IMG/VR virus record: IMGVR_UViG_3300032247_001802 | Coordinates: 7,999-71,998 of that record | Length of the DNA: 64,000 nt | Strand: one strand, 5' to 3' | Source: a virus | Lineage: Duplodnaviria > Caudoviricetes | Part shown: in pieces, positions 38,724 through 48,217 of the stretch | Layout: every line of letters begins with the position of its first letter | How positions within the stretch are numbered: position 1 is the stretch's first letter | Program-made: the position numbers and the translations under genes | Notes under the pieces: generated by a model | Told to the model about the DNA's origin: nothing | The model's database searches: none | Seen by the model: the letters and a program-made list of their open reading frames with translations, nothing else

Positions 38724-39448
38724 ATTATATGATATTGTATATTATCAAATAGAAAACGTCCATTTTTTTTATGGAAATCAAACCAATTTCTATCCATTAG
38801 ACAAATGCTTTTTAGATCTGGATTGTAAGCTTTTAAGGCTGAACTTAAATGACTAGAGCCACTACTTAAAGCTATAAAAACGAAAGCAGATATTATCGCG
38901 TCACAGTATTCAAAAATATTATCAATAATTAAATTGTCATCTAATTCTATTGAATAATTATTAAATTTATCTTTAGTTGGAATATTTTTAAATGAAATAG
39001 AGACAAATTTTTTAGTTTTAAATTGTTTTCTGTAGTTATTAATAGCTAATTGAATTTGAGATTTGTCATAATCTATACTTATAGATGATAAATCTACGAA
39101 TATTGTATCTTTGTGTTTTGATATAAATTTTGGATTGTAATAAATTTTGGGATATCTATTTGTAGGTTTTAAGCCATGATGATACTCCCAGTTTAATATG
39201 CAATTATCATATATGTTTTCATTTTTAATTTCTGGCAAATCTCCAGCATTCCAATTTCCTTCTTTTCTGCCAAGAATATATGGATTTTTTCCCCAAATTA
39301 AATCATATATTTCTTGATTTCTAAATGGTGCACTTTCCAAAATATAAGTTTGTTTGCCTTGTTGCTTGGCAAATTCTTCTGGTAGCGTGGAGAACTGTAA
39401 ATTATCCCCTAATCCGCCGTGATAAGCTTTTAAAAAAATATCTGACAT
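38720..39448 (-). CDS. Putative GT-B (GT9-like) glycosyltransferase
   Basis: GGLGDNL...LP N-terminal motif and SSGSSHL C-terminal motif. Confidence 0.5.
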   Translation of the reverse strand: MSDIFLKAYHGGLGDNLQFSTLPEEFAKQQGKQTYILESAPFRNQEIYDLIWGKNPYILGRKEGNWNAGDLPEIKNENIYDNCILNWEYHHGLKPTNRYPKIYYNPKFISKHKDTIFVDLSSISIDYDKSQIQLAINNYRKQFKTKKFVSISFKNIPTKDKFNNYSIELDDNLIIDNIFEYCDAIISAFVFIALSSGSSHLSSALKAYNPDLKSICLMDRNWFDFHKKNGRFLFDNIQYHII

Positions 39449-39460
39449 CTAAACTTATTT

Positions 39461-40090
39461 TTACAAAACCCATACGATTTGATAATCTTCATGAATCAAA
39501 TTTGCATTAATATCTTTCATAAATTCTTTTATATAATTACCTTTTCCAAAATTAATATTAGGCATATTTGGAAAAGCGTTATGATCATCTACTGCAATAA
39601 TAGTACCCTTTTTAAGTTTATCTATTACAGCGCAAAGTTCTTTTATATGATGCATCATAGATGGATGTGGGTTTTTCATTTCAATATCATAAGAATCTAA
39701 ATATAAAAAATCAATTTTTCTCTCTTTAGGAAGATTCCATAAAAACTTTACAGAATCAGAACAAAAAACTTTTGTTTTTTCAGAAACAATACTTTTGCAG
39801 TAATTAACATTTAATTGATTTATGTCAACAGAATGGACTTCCCCATCATAATGATTGATAAATTTATCAAAAATATATGTAGAAGCGCCATCATCTCCAA
39901 ACGCAAGATGACCATGATCATTTCTTGTAGTTCCAGTTTCTACTATATAAAATATTTTATTTTTTTTTTCTTCTAATAATTGGAATATTTTTAAAAAACT
40001 ATCCGCGCGATTTCTAATTGGGTTATTTGGGTGTTCAGGAATTTTAAGTTTATTATAATACTCCGTTTTGAATAGTTCTGAAAAAATCAT
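39461..40090 (-). CDS. Class I SAM-dependent methyltransferase
   Basis: IVETGT, SVDI, DSV.FL, DFLYLDS, AVDD motifs. Confidence 0.75.
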   Translation of the reverse strand: MIFSELFKTEYYNKLKIPEHPNNPIRNRADSFLKIFQLLEEKKNKIFYIVETGTTRNDHGHLAFGDDGASTYIFDKFINHYDGEVHSVDINQLNVNYCKSIVSEKTKVFCSDSVKFLWNLPKERKIDFLYLDSYDIEMKNPHPSMMHHIKELCAVIDKLKKGTIIAVDDHNAFPNMPNINFGKGNYIKEFMKDINANLIHEDYQIVWVL

Positions 40091-40097
40091 AATTAAC

Positions 40098-40784
40098 TTA
40101 GCATATTTCTTTTTTTCCTATTGTACATAAAATATTTCCATCAAGTATTTCTATATTATAGTTTAAATTTTTTAATTTATCTAATATATTATTAAGAGGA
40201 ATATCTCCAGTTTCAATTAATCCTAATCTATCATTATTGGGTCTTGGGTATGGTTTTTCAAAATAAATAATTTTTGGATATATTTTCTCTTGAATAAATT
40301 GTTTTATAATTTCGATATCATATCCTTCGGCATCAATTATTAATGCGTCAATAATTTTATCCTTATTAAGCATAAATTTATAAATTGTAATTCCTTCAAC
40401 AATTTCATAGCTTTCTTCACTAAATTTGCAATTCTGTTCATCTTGTCTAAGAAGAAGTGAGGAATGTCCAGGATTGCCGTTTGCATCAATATTCTTATAT
40501 AGTTTTATTGGTCCATTTTTATCTGCAATTGCAAAATTAAAGAATTGAACTCTATCCTCATATCCTTTATAGGTTTTTTTTAGATTTTCAAATTCTATTT
40601 TTTGTGGCTCTATCAAAATAGCAAAAATTTTATAATTATTTTTTACAAAATTTCTTACTGGATCTTCCATACCCATTTGAGCATTATCAGATCCATCATT
40701 AGCTCCAATTTGGATAAGTGAAATTTTATTTTGATCTGCACATATATTATTTATTGCATATTCTAATTTATTAATATCTCTCAT
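40098..40784 (-). CDS. FkbM-family methyltransferase
   Basis: IQIGANDG, IEP, FAI, IDAEGYD, FE motifs. Confidence 0.85.
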   Translation of the reverse strand: MRDINKLEYAINNICADQNKISLIQIGANDGSDNAQMGMEDPVRNFVKNNYKIFAILIEPQKIEFENLKKTYKGYEDRVQFFNFAIADKNGPIKLYKNIDANGNPGHSSLLLRQDEQNCKFSEESYEIVEGITIYKFMLNKDKIIDALIIDAEGYDIEIIKQFIQEKIYPKIIYFEKPYPRPNNDRLGLIETGDIPLNNILDKLKNLNYNIEILDGNILCTIGKKEIC

Positions 40785-40797
40785 TGTGATAATTATA

Positions 40798-41634
40798 TTA
40801 ATTTAAAATCCTATTTTCAATAATTCTTCTATTAGTTAAAATATCCATATGATTTTCGGCTAAAATCCTTGTGTTTTTATGATGAGCTTTCAATAGCCAG
40901 CTCGCTGGATTTGATCCGTCTGGTCTTGTTCCTCCCCATCCTAAATCACTTGTATAATCTATCCAATAACATCCACACAATAATCCAAATTTTTTGAATA
41001 CTCTATAATTTAAATCTGCATCATCTTGATCTTGCGGGCTAAAATTTTCATTAAGGTATCCAACTGATTGCAGAATATCATGTCTAATCAATAGTGGGCC
41101 TCTATTAACGGAGTTTCTTATTGCAAAAGTATTTCTATCTAAGCCATTTTCTCTTTGAGCTTGATCTACGCAAGTTGTTATATCGCTCCAACAGTTATCT
41201 ATAGACAAATCCTCTTCTTTGTTTAATTTTAAATGCGAGCTATTAGAATTTAATATATAATTATAAGCTGTCCTTGCTGTAACAGCATAAACATCATTAA
41301 AATTTTCAATTGGCCTTGACAATCTAGTATTCCAATCTGGTTCATTTATAACCATATCGTCTTGAACTATTATAATATACTTACCAGAACTATTTTTTGC
41401 TGCAATATTATTAGCTTTTGTTTCAAAAACATTATTCGCATATAATATTTTATGAGAAATATTTTGATTTTCTTTAAAAAAATTTAATACATTTTTTTCA
41501 CTATTATCCGTGCATCCATCTAATACAACTACTACTTCATAATTACCTTTCGTATTATTTTTGATTGAGGATAAAACTTGATTAATTAAAAAATCTTTAT
41601 TAAAAACTGTAACATTTATACTATAATCTATCAT
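40798..41634 (-). CDS. Glycosyltransferase family 2
   Basis: TVFN, VLDGCTDNS, ANNIAA, VQDD, YLNE.F.....DD.DL. Confidence 0.85.
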   Translation of the reverse strand: MIDYSINVTVFNKDFLINQVLSSIKNNTKGNYEVVVVLDGCTDNSEKNVLNFFKENQNISHKILYANNVFETKANNIAAKNSSGKYIIIVQDDMVINEPDWNTRLSRPIENFNDVYAVTARTAYNYILNSNSSHLKLNKEEDLSIDNCWSDITTCVDQAQRENGLDRNTFAIRNSVNRGPLLIRHDILQSVGYLNENFSPQDQDDADLNYRVFKKFGLLCGCYWIDYTSDLGWGGTRPDGSNPASWLLKAHHKNTRILAENHMDILTNRRIIENRILN

Positions 41635-42374
41635 ATTTTTTCTCCCATTTCATTCCATCTAGCCGTACCATTAGAATAACTTTCTCCGTCTTTATGGTAG
41701 AGAACGTTTGTTTCAATATATTCTCTGGCATGATCATTCATTGGTATTGAATATTTTGTTTTAAGTAGGCTTATAACGCTTTGGTCATGTCTATGATCTA
41801 TAAATTCTGGTAAATTTGGTAATCCACATGCATTTGGAATATCAGTTAAAATTTTTTCATTTTTACAAAAATGTAACCATTCTTCAACGAATTCAATATT
41901 TGAATTACTTTTCTTTAAAGCTATAAAACCATCCTCTTGCTGAATATCTTTCCAATATCTAGGTTCATCGCAATCCATTAGTATGAATGTATCTCTCTTG
42001 GTGTACATTCCTTGAGTATTCTTAAGTCCGCTTAAAAAATATTTTTCATTATATTTTTGAATATAATCTTTAACGTGTTGATTTATTTTATTATTAAATG
42101 GTCGATCTCCACAATCCATATAAACAATGATATCATCATTTTTTGATGCCTTGAGGGTTTCTAATATTATATACGGTTTCCATAATGCATATCCGCATAA
42201 TCTCTGACGATCTAATATGTTTTTATTTTCTTTATAAAAATTAGTAGTAATCAACCATTCCTTAGTAAATGCTATTGCATCATCAAACATATTACTTGTT
42301 TTAACGTGATCTATCAGAAAATTTTGATGTTGTCTGTAATTTAAATCTGCAAAATTACAATAAATTGTATTCAT
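41631..42374 (-). CDS. Putative GT-A glycosyltransferase
   Basis: LWKPYII, YMDCGD (DxxD), HRHDQS motifs; inside the glycosylation operon. Confidence 0.55.
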   Translation of the reverse strand: MNTIYCNFADLNYRQHQNFLIDHVKTSNMFDDAIAFTKEWLITTNFYKENKNILDRQRLCGYALWKPYIILETLKASKNDDIIVYMDCGDRPFNNKINQHVKDYIQKYNEKYFLSGLKNTQGMYTKRDTFILMDCDEPRYWKDIQQEDGFIALKKSNSNIEFVEEWLHFCKNEKILTDIPNACGLPNLPEFIDHRHDQSVISLLKTKYSIPMNDHAREYIETNVLYHKDGESYSNGTARWNEMGEKI

Positions 42375-43132
42375 ATAGGATTATAGTACTTTAAAAGATT
42401 TTCTTTATCTAGAATTTTTAAGTAATTAAATAAATTCATATTTGAGTTGTGATGTTGATGATTTTCTCCAGAATTTATTTTTCTTTCATGCTCAAGATGA
42501 TAAACATATGAGTTTTCTAAAAACGATACTCTTTCTGTTATTTTTTTAAATCTAAGATATCTTTCCTTATCTTCTGGTCCATAAGAAATAAAATTTTCAT
42601 TTTCTCCTCCAAGTCTTTTATAAATTTGTGTATTAAAAAATTGGCAATGTCCATATTGGCTATCATAATTAATAAGAGAAAAATCCTCATCTTTAAGATC
42701 TTCTAATTTGAAATCATTTTTTAATTTACTCTTACCATTCAAATTTATTTGATTTTGCATTTTACCAAAAGTAAATGGGTATACTAGATCAAAGTCTTCG
42801 TTTAATATTAAGTCTTGAGCTTTAATATAGGAATTTACAGGCAAAAGAACATCTATATCATAATTAATAACGCATTTAGTTTTTACCATATTCAACATGA
42901 TATTTAAAAATTTTGTTCTATGAAATATAGGGTTTTCATCTAAATTAAATATATAATTGGTATTGTTTTTAATAGAATCTACAACTTTGCTTTCTTTATC
43001 TGATTCAAATAAAATAATATTAGTATCAAAATTATTAAGTAAATAATTAATTGTTATATTTAAATTCTCTTCTCTGCTTTTTGAATCTATCCTAAGTGGT
43101 ATTATGAATGTTGAATTTTTTAAGTTTATCAT
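42371..43132 (-). CDS. Galactosyltransferase-like (GT2/GT7C) protein
   Basis: IPLR, R...LN, YDIDV, GGENENF.SYGPED, YHLEH. Confidence 0.75.
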   Translation of the reverse strand: MINLKNSTFIIPLRIDSKSREENLNITINYLLNNFDTNIILFESDKESKVVDSIKNNTNYIFNLDENPIFHRTKFLNIMLNMVKTKCVINYDIDVLLPVNSYIKAQDLILNEDFDLVYPFTFGKMQNQINLNGKSKLKNDFKLEDLKDEDFSLINYDSQYGHCQFFNTQIYKRLGGENENFISYGPEDKERYLRFKKITERVSFLENSYVYHLEHERKINSGENHQHHNSNMNLFNYLKILDKENLLKYYNPI

Positions 43133-43944
43133 ATGATGATCCAGTTTTTAGGTATAATATCTTCTATATTCCAAGTGTTTGCGTAAGCTGGACCAAGCCA
43201 ATTTGATGGAGCTATAATTTTTTTATTGTTATTTTTATTTAGCCATGCTGCCCACCAGCTAAAAGTGCTATTAGCAATAATATTATCTGAGCAGAGAGAC
43301 ATCATACAAAGATCTTCGAATGGATGATTGTCTTCGATATAAATAATATCTAGACCATTAAGTGAAGAAAAAACTTCTTTTGCTTTATCTGTGCTATCAG
43401 AAAAAATTAAATATTTTTTATCATTAATAATACTAATTGCTTTTTGATAATAGTTTTTATCCATAATTGGATGATGATTTTCTTTTCCTATGTAATCTCC
43501 ACACCTTAAATGAATCGCACAAAAATCTTCAAAATTTAAAGAATATTTAGAATAAATATTTTTTAATATTTCGTCGTTAAAAATAAATTGATCTTTAATA
43601 TCCTTCTCTATATCATTAAAATATTTATAAGATTGAAAATATCCTTCTAAATTTGAAAAATCTGGTATATTAAATATATTTGGATTAAAATATGATTTAA
43701 TCCAACTTACATTATGTAAAATATTTTTCTCATCTTCTTTGGTTAATTCTTCCGCTAAAATATTTTTAAAAGCATTTTTAAAATAAAAAAATGTTCTATT
43801 TGCTTCCACCAGGAAATACTCCTTTACATTGTATGGTATTTTTACTGTATAATTATTTTTTTTTGCTATAGCGTATAAAGTCGCATATTGAAAAAGTTGA
43901 TTACCGATTGCTCCATATCTACCTAACTTGGAGAAAGTTATCAT
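43129..43944 (-). CDS. Alpha-1,2-fucosyltransferase (GT11)
   Basis: G..GNQLFQYA, GYFQS, IHLRCGDY, YY..A, FSD, NSTFSWWAAWL. Confidence 0.9.
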   Translation of the reverse strand: MITFSKLGRYGAIGNQLFQYATLYAIAKKNNYTVKIPYNVKEYFLVEANRTFFYFKNAFKNILAEELTKEDEKNILHNVSWIKSYFNPNIFNIPDFSNLEGYFQSYKYFNDIEKDIKDQFIFNDEILKNIYSKYSLNFEDFCAIHLRCGDYIGKENHHPIMDKNYYQKAISIINDKKYLIFSDSTDKAKEVFSSLNGLDIIYIEDNHPFEDLCMMSLCSDNIIANSTFSWWAAWLNKNNNKKIIAPSNWLGPAYANTWNIEDIIPKNWIII

Positions 43945-44639
43945 TCTGGTTTAAATTTATAAAAATTTTTCATTATATCTTTGCCATGCGATGCATGACC
44001 TAGATTAATATCTGAAAAACTGTCTCTTTGAGACGCTAAGTATTCGTTTGTACAAAAAGCCTTGTTTTTACTTAGAAAGTTTCTCATTAAAAATCCATCA
44101 TATGATTCATTTTTCATTTGCCATGGTATTATTTCTTGTCCATCTGGTATTGTATCTAGCAGAATTTTAAAAGATGAATTGTTATATGCTATTGCATGTG
44201 TTGTTAGAGCGCAATTTACTTTTAATAAGTTTTCACTTACTCTTTCTAAAGGTTTTTCATGCTTTTCATTTGTTGGGCTCATTCCAAGATAAAATATATC
44301 CCATGCATTGTCTTTTAATTCGCCTACTGATAATGATAAATTCTTTATTGGGTCATTATGAAATTCTACATCATCCTCTAAGACTAATACATTTTTTACA
44401 TTATCTTGATTACATAATTTTATAATTTGCCTATGAGAAGCTGTACATCCAAGTGCTCTAATATTAAACCATCTATATTGAGGAGGCAATTCGCCAGTAA
44501 ATTTGATTGCATCAAATTTTATTACTTTATCTTGTATATTTAATCTACTAAATTCTTCTAGACATTGCTGCCACTTATCTGTTCTTTCTGGAAGATTAAT
44601 GCAATATATTCTATCAAAAAAATCAAATGGATTATTCAT
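43941..44639 (-). CDS. Glycosyltransferase family 25
   Basis: YCINL..R..KW, GCTASH, LVLEDD, WDIFYLG, TTHA. Confidence 0.85.
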   Translation of the reverse strand: MNNPFDFFDRIYCINLPERTDKWQQCLEEFSRLNIQDKVIKFDAIKFTGELPPQYRWFNIRALGCTASHRQIIKLCNQDNVKNVLVLEDDVEFHNDPIKNLSLSVGELKDNAWDIFYLGMSPTNEKHEKPLERVSENLLKVNCALTTHAIAYNNSSFKILLDTIPDGQEIIPWQMKNESYDGFLMRNFLSKNKAFCTNEYLASQRDSFSDINLGHASHGKDIMKNFYKFKPE

Positions 44640-45531
44640 ATATGAGTATTTTATGTTTTTCTTTTTCTTTTTCTAAGATATCTGGATATATTTGACATTT
44701 ATTTGCATTTCTAATCCAATTGCCTGATTTAGCGGTTACAAAGTCTATAAACAATTCTTTATTATTAAAGTCAAGTATTTTTATTGGCTCTGATGAAAAG
44801 GGGCTTTTAAGGTCTCTTATTGTATTATTAATAAATTCTTTGGATTGGTCTTCTTCCTTAAGGTATGAATCTGGATTACCTTCGTATATGGATACGACCT
44901 TTTCGCTCATTGTTTTTGCTCCACCCATATAAGAGTAATGCCAACCTCCATTCTCTATCCTAATCATATAATCTTTGTGTCTTCTTAAGACTTGTAGCCC
45001 TAAATTTTGAGTATTATTATTTATTTGTTTTATTTTTTTATACTTTACGCTAATGGTTCCTGTTATGTTTTTATTGGTATAGATGTTAATATAATGAACA
45101 AAGAACATTTGGTTTAAAGCTACGGCTTCGTAATCTTTTAATTGATTAAATACATTTTTATTTGGTATCTCATCGCAATCAGAGAAAAGAATGATGTCTT
45201 CATCGGATAAATTTAATTCTTCTATTTGATCCATTAGCCTTAATCTTTGCTCGTGCTCGGCCCAGCTTCCAACAAAATGTGAAGAATCTTTAAAATACGT
45301 GTTAAATAATAAATCGTATCTATGATCAATATCAATGAATTTATATTTTATCTTATCTTTGAATTTTTCTAATCTCTCATCTTCCCAAAATATACTTTTT
45401 CTTTTAATTCCTTTATGGCTTGTAGATAATTCGTTAACTACAAAGTGGTCCACGGAATCATATAATTCATTTATTCTTAAATATGCAACGTCTTTTTCAT
45501 TAAAAAACATGAAGCAATCGACTACTCTCAT
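44632..45531 (-). CDS. Glycosyltransferase family 17 (beta-1,4-GlcNAc transferase-like)
   Basis: DCFMFFNE, FVVNE, E..QR, SDCDEIP, GGWHYSY; start set at ATG 45531 (ATGA overlap). Confidence 0.85.
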   Translation of the reverse strand: MRVVDCFMFFNEKDVAYLRINELYDSVDHFVVNELSTSHKGIKRKSIFWEDERLEKFKDKIKYKFIDIDHRYDLLFNTYFKDSSHFVGSWAEHEQRLRLMDQIEELNLSDEDIILFSDCDEIPNKNVFNQLKDYEAVALNQMFFVHYINIYTNKNITGTISVKYKKIKQINNNTQNLGLQVLRRHKDYMIRIENGGWHYSYMGGAKTMSEKVVSIYEGNPDSYLKEEDQSKEFINNTIRDLKSPFSSEPIKILDFNNKELFIDFVTAKSGNWIRNANKCQIYPDILEKEKEKHKILIYE

Positions 45532-46364
45532 TCTAGTCTCCATTCTTCTGATGAGTCAATTTGTTCTAATGAATGATTTAAAATATTTAGTCTATAAAAT
45601 CTTCTGATTATTCTTTCATTATTGATAAAAAATTTCATAGTTTCATCAATCATATTATTTCGCCAATATTCTTTTAATGAATCTAGATTGAATTTTATTG
45701 CTAAATCTTGACATAGAGATCTAAACGCTTGTCTTATATTTTCTTGTTGTTGGTATTTTTCTGGAGTTTTGCCATTATCATAATAATGAAGCACACAATG
45801 ATTTGATCTTCCGTAAATAAAGTAGTATTTCATATCACTATCAATATAATGCTTTCTTTGAGATGGTCTTTCTTCCCATCCAAACATCTTTTGATTTTTC
45901 GCATAATATTCATAAAGATCCATATATCCAGGTCTCATTCCTTGAAGCCCCCAGTGAGGACTTCCTTGGAATATCATATCATCAAAATATTTAACAAGAA
46001 AAGCTTTTTGTCTATCTACGCAACTATTTATTTTATTCTTTTCTAGAAAATTTTCTATAAAATTACGTAAATTCTTTACCCAGTCTAAATCTAATCTTTC
46101 ACAGCTATCTCGAATAATAAACCAATCGCCACTTTGCATTACATTTGCTCTTAAAAAGCCATTCATTTGAAGATCGTGATCATTTGACCATTCTCGGTTT
46201 ATAATCTTTCCCTGACCTTTTCTTGCATTTAATACTTCTAGTGTGCCATCTGTTGATCCGCCATCTACAAAAATTAAACCATCAAAATATTGATATATAT
46301 CTTTTGTCATATCGTCAATATTCTGCTTCTCGTTTTGAGTAATGCCGCAAAGCCAAATTTTCAC
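45528..46364 (-). CDS. Glycosyltransferase family 2-like
   Basis: ITQNE, DGGSTDGT, DSCER, H motifs; GTG start. Confidence 0.7.
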   Translation of the reverse strand: MKIWLCGITQNEKQNIDDMTKDIYQYFDGLIFVDGGSTDGTLEVLNARKGQGKIINREWSNDHDLQMNGFLRANVMQSGDWFIIRDSCERLDLDWVKNLRNFIENFLEKNKINSCVDRQKAFLVKYFDDMIFQGSPHWGLQGMRPGYMDLYEYYAKNQKMFGWEERPSQRKHYIDSDMKYYFIYGRSNHCVLHYYDNGKTPEKYQQQENIRQAFRSLCQDLAIKFNLDSLKEYWRNNMIDETMKFFINNERIIRRFYRLNILNHSLEQIDSSEEWRLE

Positions 46365-46375
46365 AATTTAATAAA

Positions 46376-47341
46376 TTATACTAAATTATTAAGAAAATGT
46401 CCAAGCTTTTCAGTTTCTTTATTATTATCAATAATTTGTCTTATAACATTAGCTGTTGTATATTGAAGAAAATGTCTATATTCTTTGCTATCGTATAATG
46501 CTTTTAATTTTGCTATATATTCATATTCACTTTCAAAAAATAAAGCTGTTACATTTTCAATGCTCCAATTCATTAGGCTTTTATTTTGAGCCATTTTGCG
46601 ATGCATAAATACTGGTTTGCCGCATGCCATGCTTTCAATTACTGCTATTCCATATCCTTCAAGGTGTTTAATATGCTGAGTTGCAATACTTGATTTTAGA
46701 CTTTTGGTTAATTCTTCTTGAGAACTATCTGTATGATAATGATAATCTATATATGGAGTAATTTGCTGTAAAGCTTTGCTCATATTATATTCTTGATTAA
46801 AATTCTTTTCATATTCTGAAATATAAATTCCAACTATATTTCCATCTGTTGGTCCATCGAAAGTGCATCTGTCATAATCTATCCAAGGCTTATAATACAA
46901 ATGATTTACTTTGTATTTATTTGCTAAGATATATCCAATATAATCGGCGCAAAGATAATTTTTAATAATATAAAATGGATAAGCTCCATCCCAGTAATCA
47001 TTCCCACTATAGCAAGCTAATTTACTTTTATCTTTAAGATGTGGCCATATCTCGTTGAGAATTTCAAATTGACTTTCAAAGGATGGTATAAAAATAACTT
47101 CTGGTTTGAGATCTAATATTTGTTCTTTATTTAAGACTTTAACATTTTTTGTTGCGAATTCTTGATCTACTTTTTCTTGGGTCCACCTTATGCTCCATGC
47201 CCATTGATTAAATTGTTTTGGTGGTAAATTTGTTGGTATATAATCTGAACTTGGAAGTATTAATGTATGACCTAACTTATCAAAAGCTTTAGCTATATTT
47301 TTAGTAAGATTTTTATGTATATCTGGCCAAAGTATATTCAA
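46376..47341 (-). CDS. GT-B (GT4-like) glycosyltransferase
   Basis: K..EGYGIAVIESMACGKPV donor-binding motif. Confidence 0.8.
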   Translation of the reverse strand: MNILWPDIHKNLTKNIAKAFDKLGHTLILPSSDYIPTNLPPKQFNQWAWSIRWTQEKVDQEFATKNVKVLNKEQILDLKPEVIFIPSFESQFEILNEIWPHLKDKSKLACYSGNDYWDGAYPFYIIKNYLCADYIGYILANKYKVNHLYYKPWIDYDRCTFDGPTDGNIVGIYISEYEKNFNQEYNMSKALQQITPYIDYHYHTDSSQEELTKSLKSSIATQHIKHLEGYGIAVIESMACGKPVFMHRKMAQNKSLMNWSIENVTALFFESEYEYIAKLKALYDSKEYRHFLQYTTANVIRQIIDNNKETEKLGHFLNNLV

Positions 47342-47382
47342 TAAAATATTATAAAATAGAAAAATTTAAAATCTAATATTTA

Positions 47383-48213
47383 TTATCTATTCGGCCTTGG
47401 AATAAGAGGAAGTCTTCCTCCAACTGAACCACCGCCTGCTGTAGTTTGAGTTTGACCAGTAGTTGATATTGGTCTGCCAGAATTTAATTGAGCTTGTCCT
47501 GCTGCCGCAGAAGTCGCACCTGTTGCCCCTTGAGCAGCTGTTTGTGTATTTGGATTGAGTTTCGATCCTTCTGGAGCATTAACACTTTGTGGTTTAGGAT
47601 TTCCGTTTATAAGCAATCGAGCTTGTGGCACTACCCCTTCTAAACTCTGTTTTATTGCATCTCTTGGACTATAATAACCTTCGCCATAAGCTTGTAATTT
47701 TCCACTTGAATCGTTAAGTTTCAGTACTAATCCAGCTGGAGTTCCTTCTGGACCAACTGTATTTGGGGTAGCCCCAGGAATATTTGCAAGAACTGGATCT
47801 CCATCTTGAATTGATTTATATCCAAGTGGATTTGGTCCGTCGCCTGGGGATGGCATTCTTTCATTGTTTAGCATTCTCTCAAAAGTCTCTTTTGCCCTCA
47901 TCTCTTCTGTCGCGAGGACACCCCATCCAGGTTCTGGTGGGTTATTTCTTAATTCTATTTCTCTATCTAAATTTCTTAATTCTCGTTCTCTTGTCTTTTC
48001 GCTTATGCCTGGATCTTTTAAAATATCACTTCTTCTTTTTGCATCGCTAGCTGTATCGTTAGGATGACCAGGATCTTGTATGACTTTTTTGGCACAAAAT
48101 TCTGGAATTCCTCCAGGACAGTATGGATATCCACTTTGTTGACCAACTAAATATTGTTCTAAATTTTTTTCCCAAACTGAATCAATTAATTCTTTAATAA
48201 AATTATCATTCAT
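47383..48213 (-). CDS. Hypothetical P/G/A/T-rich protein, probably virion-associated
   Basis: 276 aa, higher G+C, low-complexity C-terminus; co-transcribed with the FN3-like gene. Confidence 0.55.
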   Translation of the reverse strand: MNDNFIKELIDSVWEKNLEQYLVGQQSGYPYCPGGIPEFCAKKVIQDPGHPNDTASDAKRRSDILKDPGISEKTRERELRNLDREIELRNNPPEPGWGVLATEEMRAKETFERMLNNERMPSPGDGPNPLGYKSIQDGDPVLANIPGATPNTVGPEGTPAGLVLKLNDSSGKLQAYGEGYYSPRDAIKQSLEGVVPQARLLINGNPKPQSVNAPEGSKLNPNTQTAAQGATGATSAAAGQAQLNSGRPISTTGQTQTTAGGGSVGGRLPLIPRPNR

Positions 48214-48217
48214 AAAA

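Noticed and set aside
35619-47341. Bacterial chromosomal O-antigen or capsule locus
   Set aside because: Flanked without a break by phage replication and virion genes, same AT-rich composition, and no wzx/wzy/wzz or ABC exporter.
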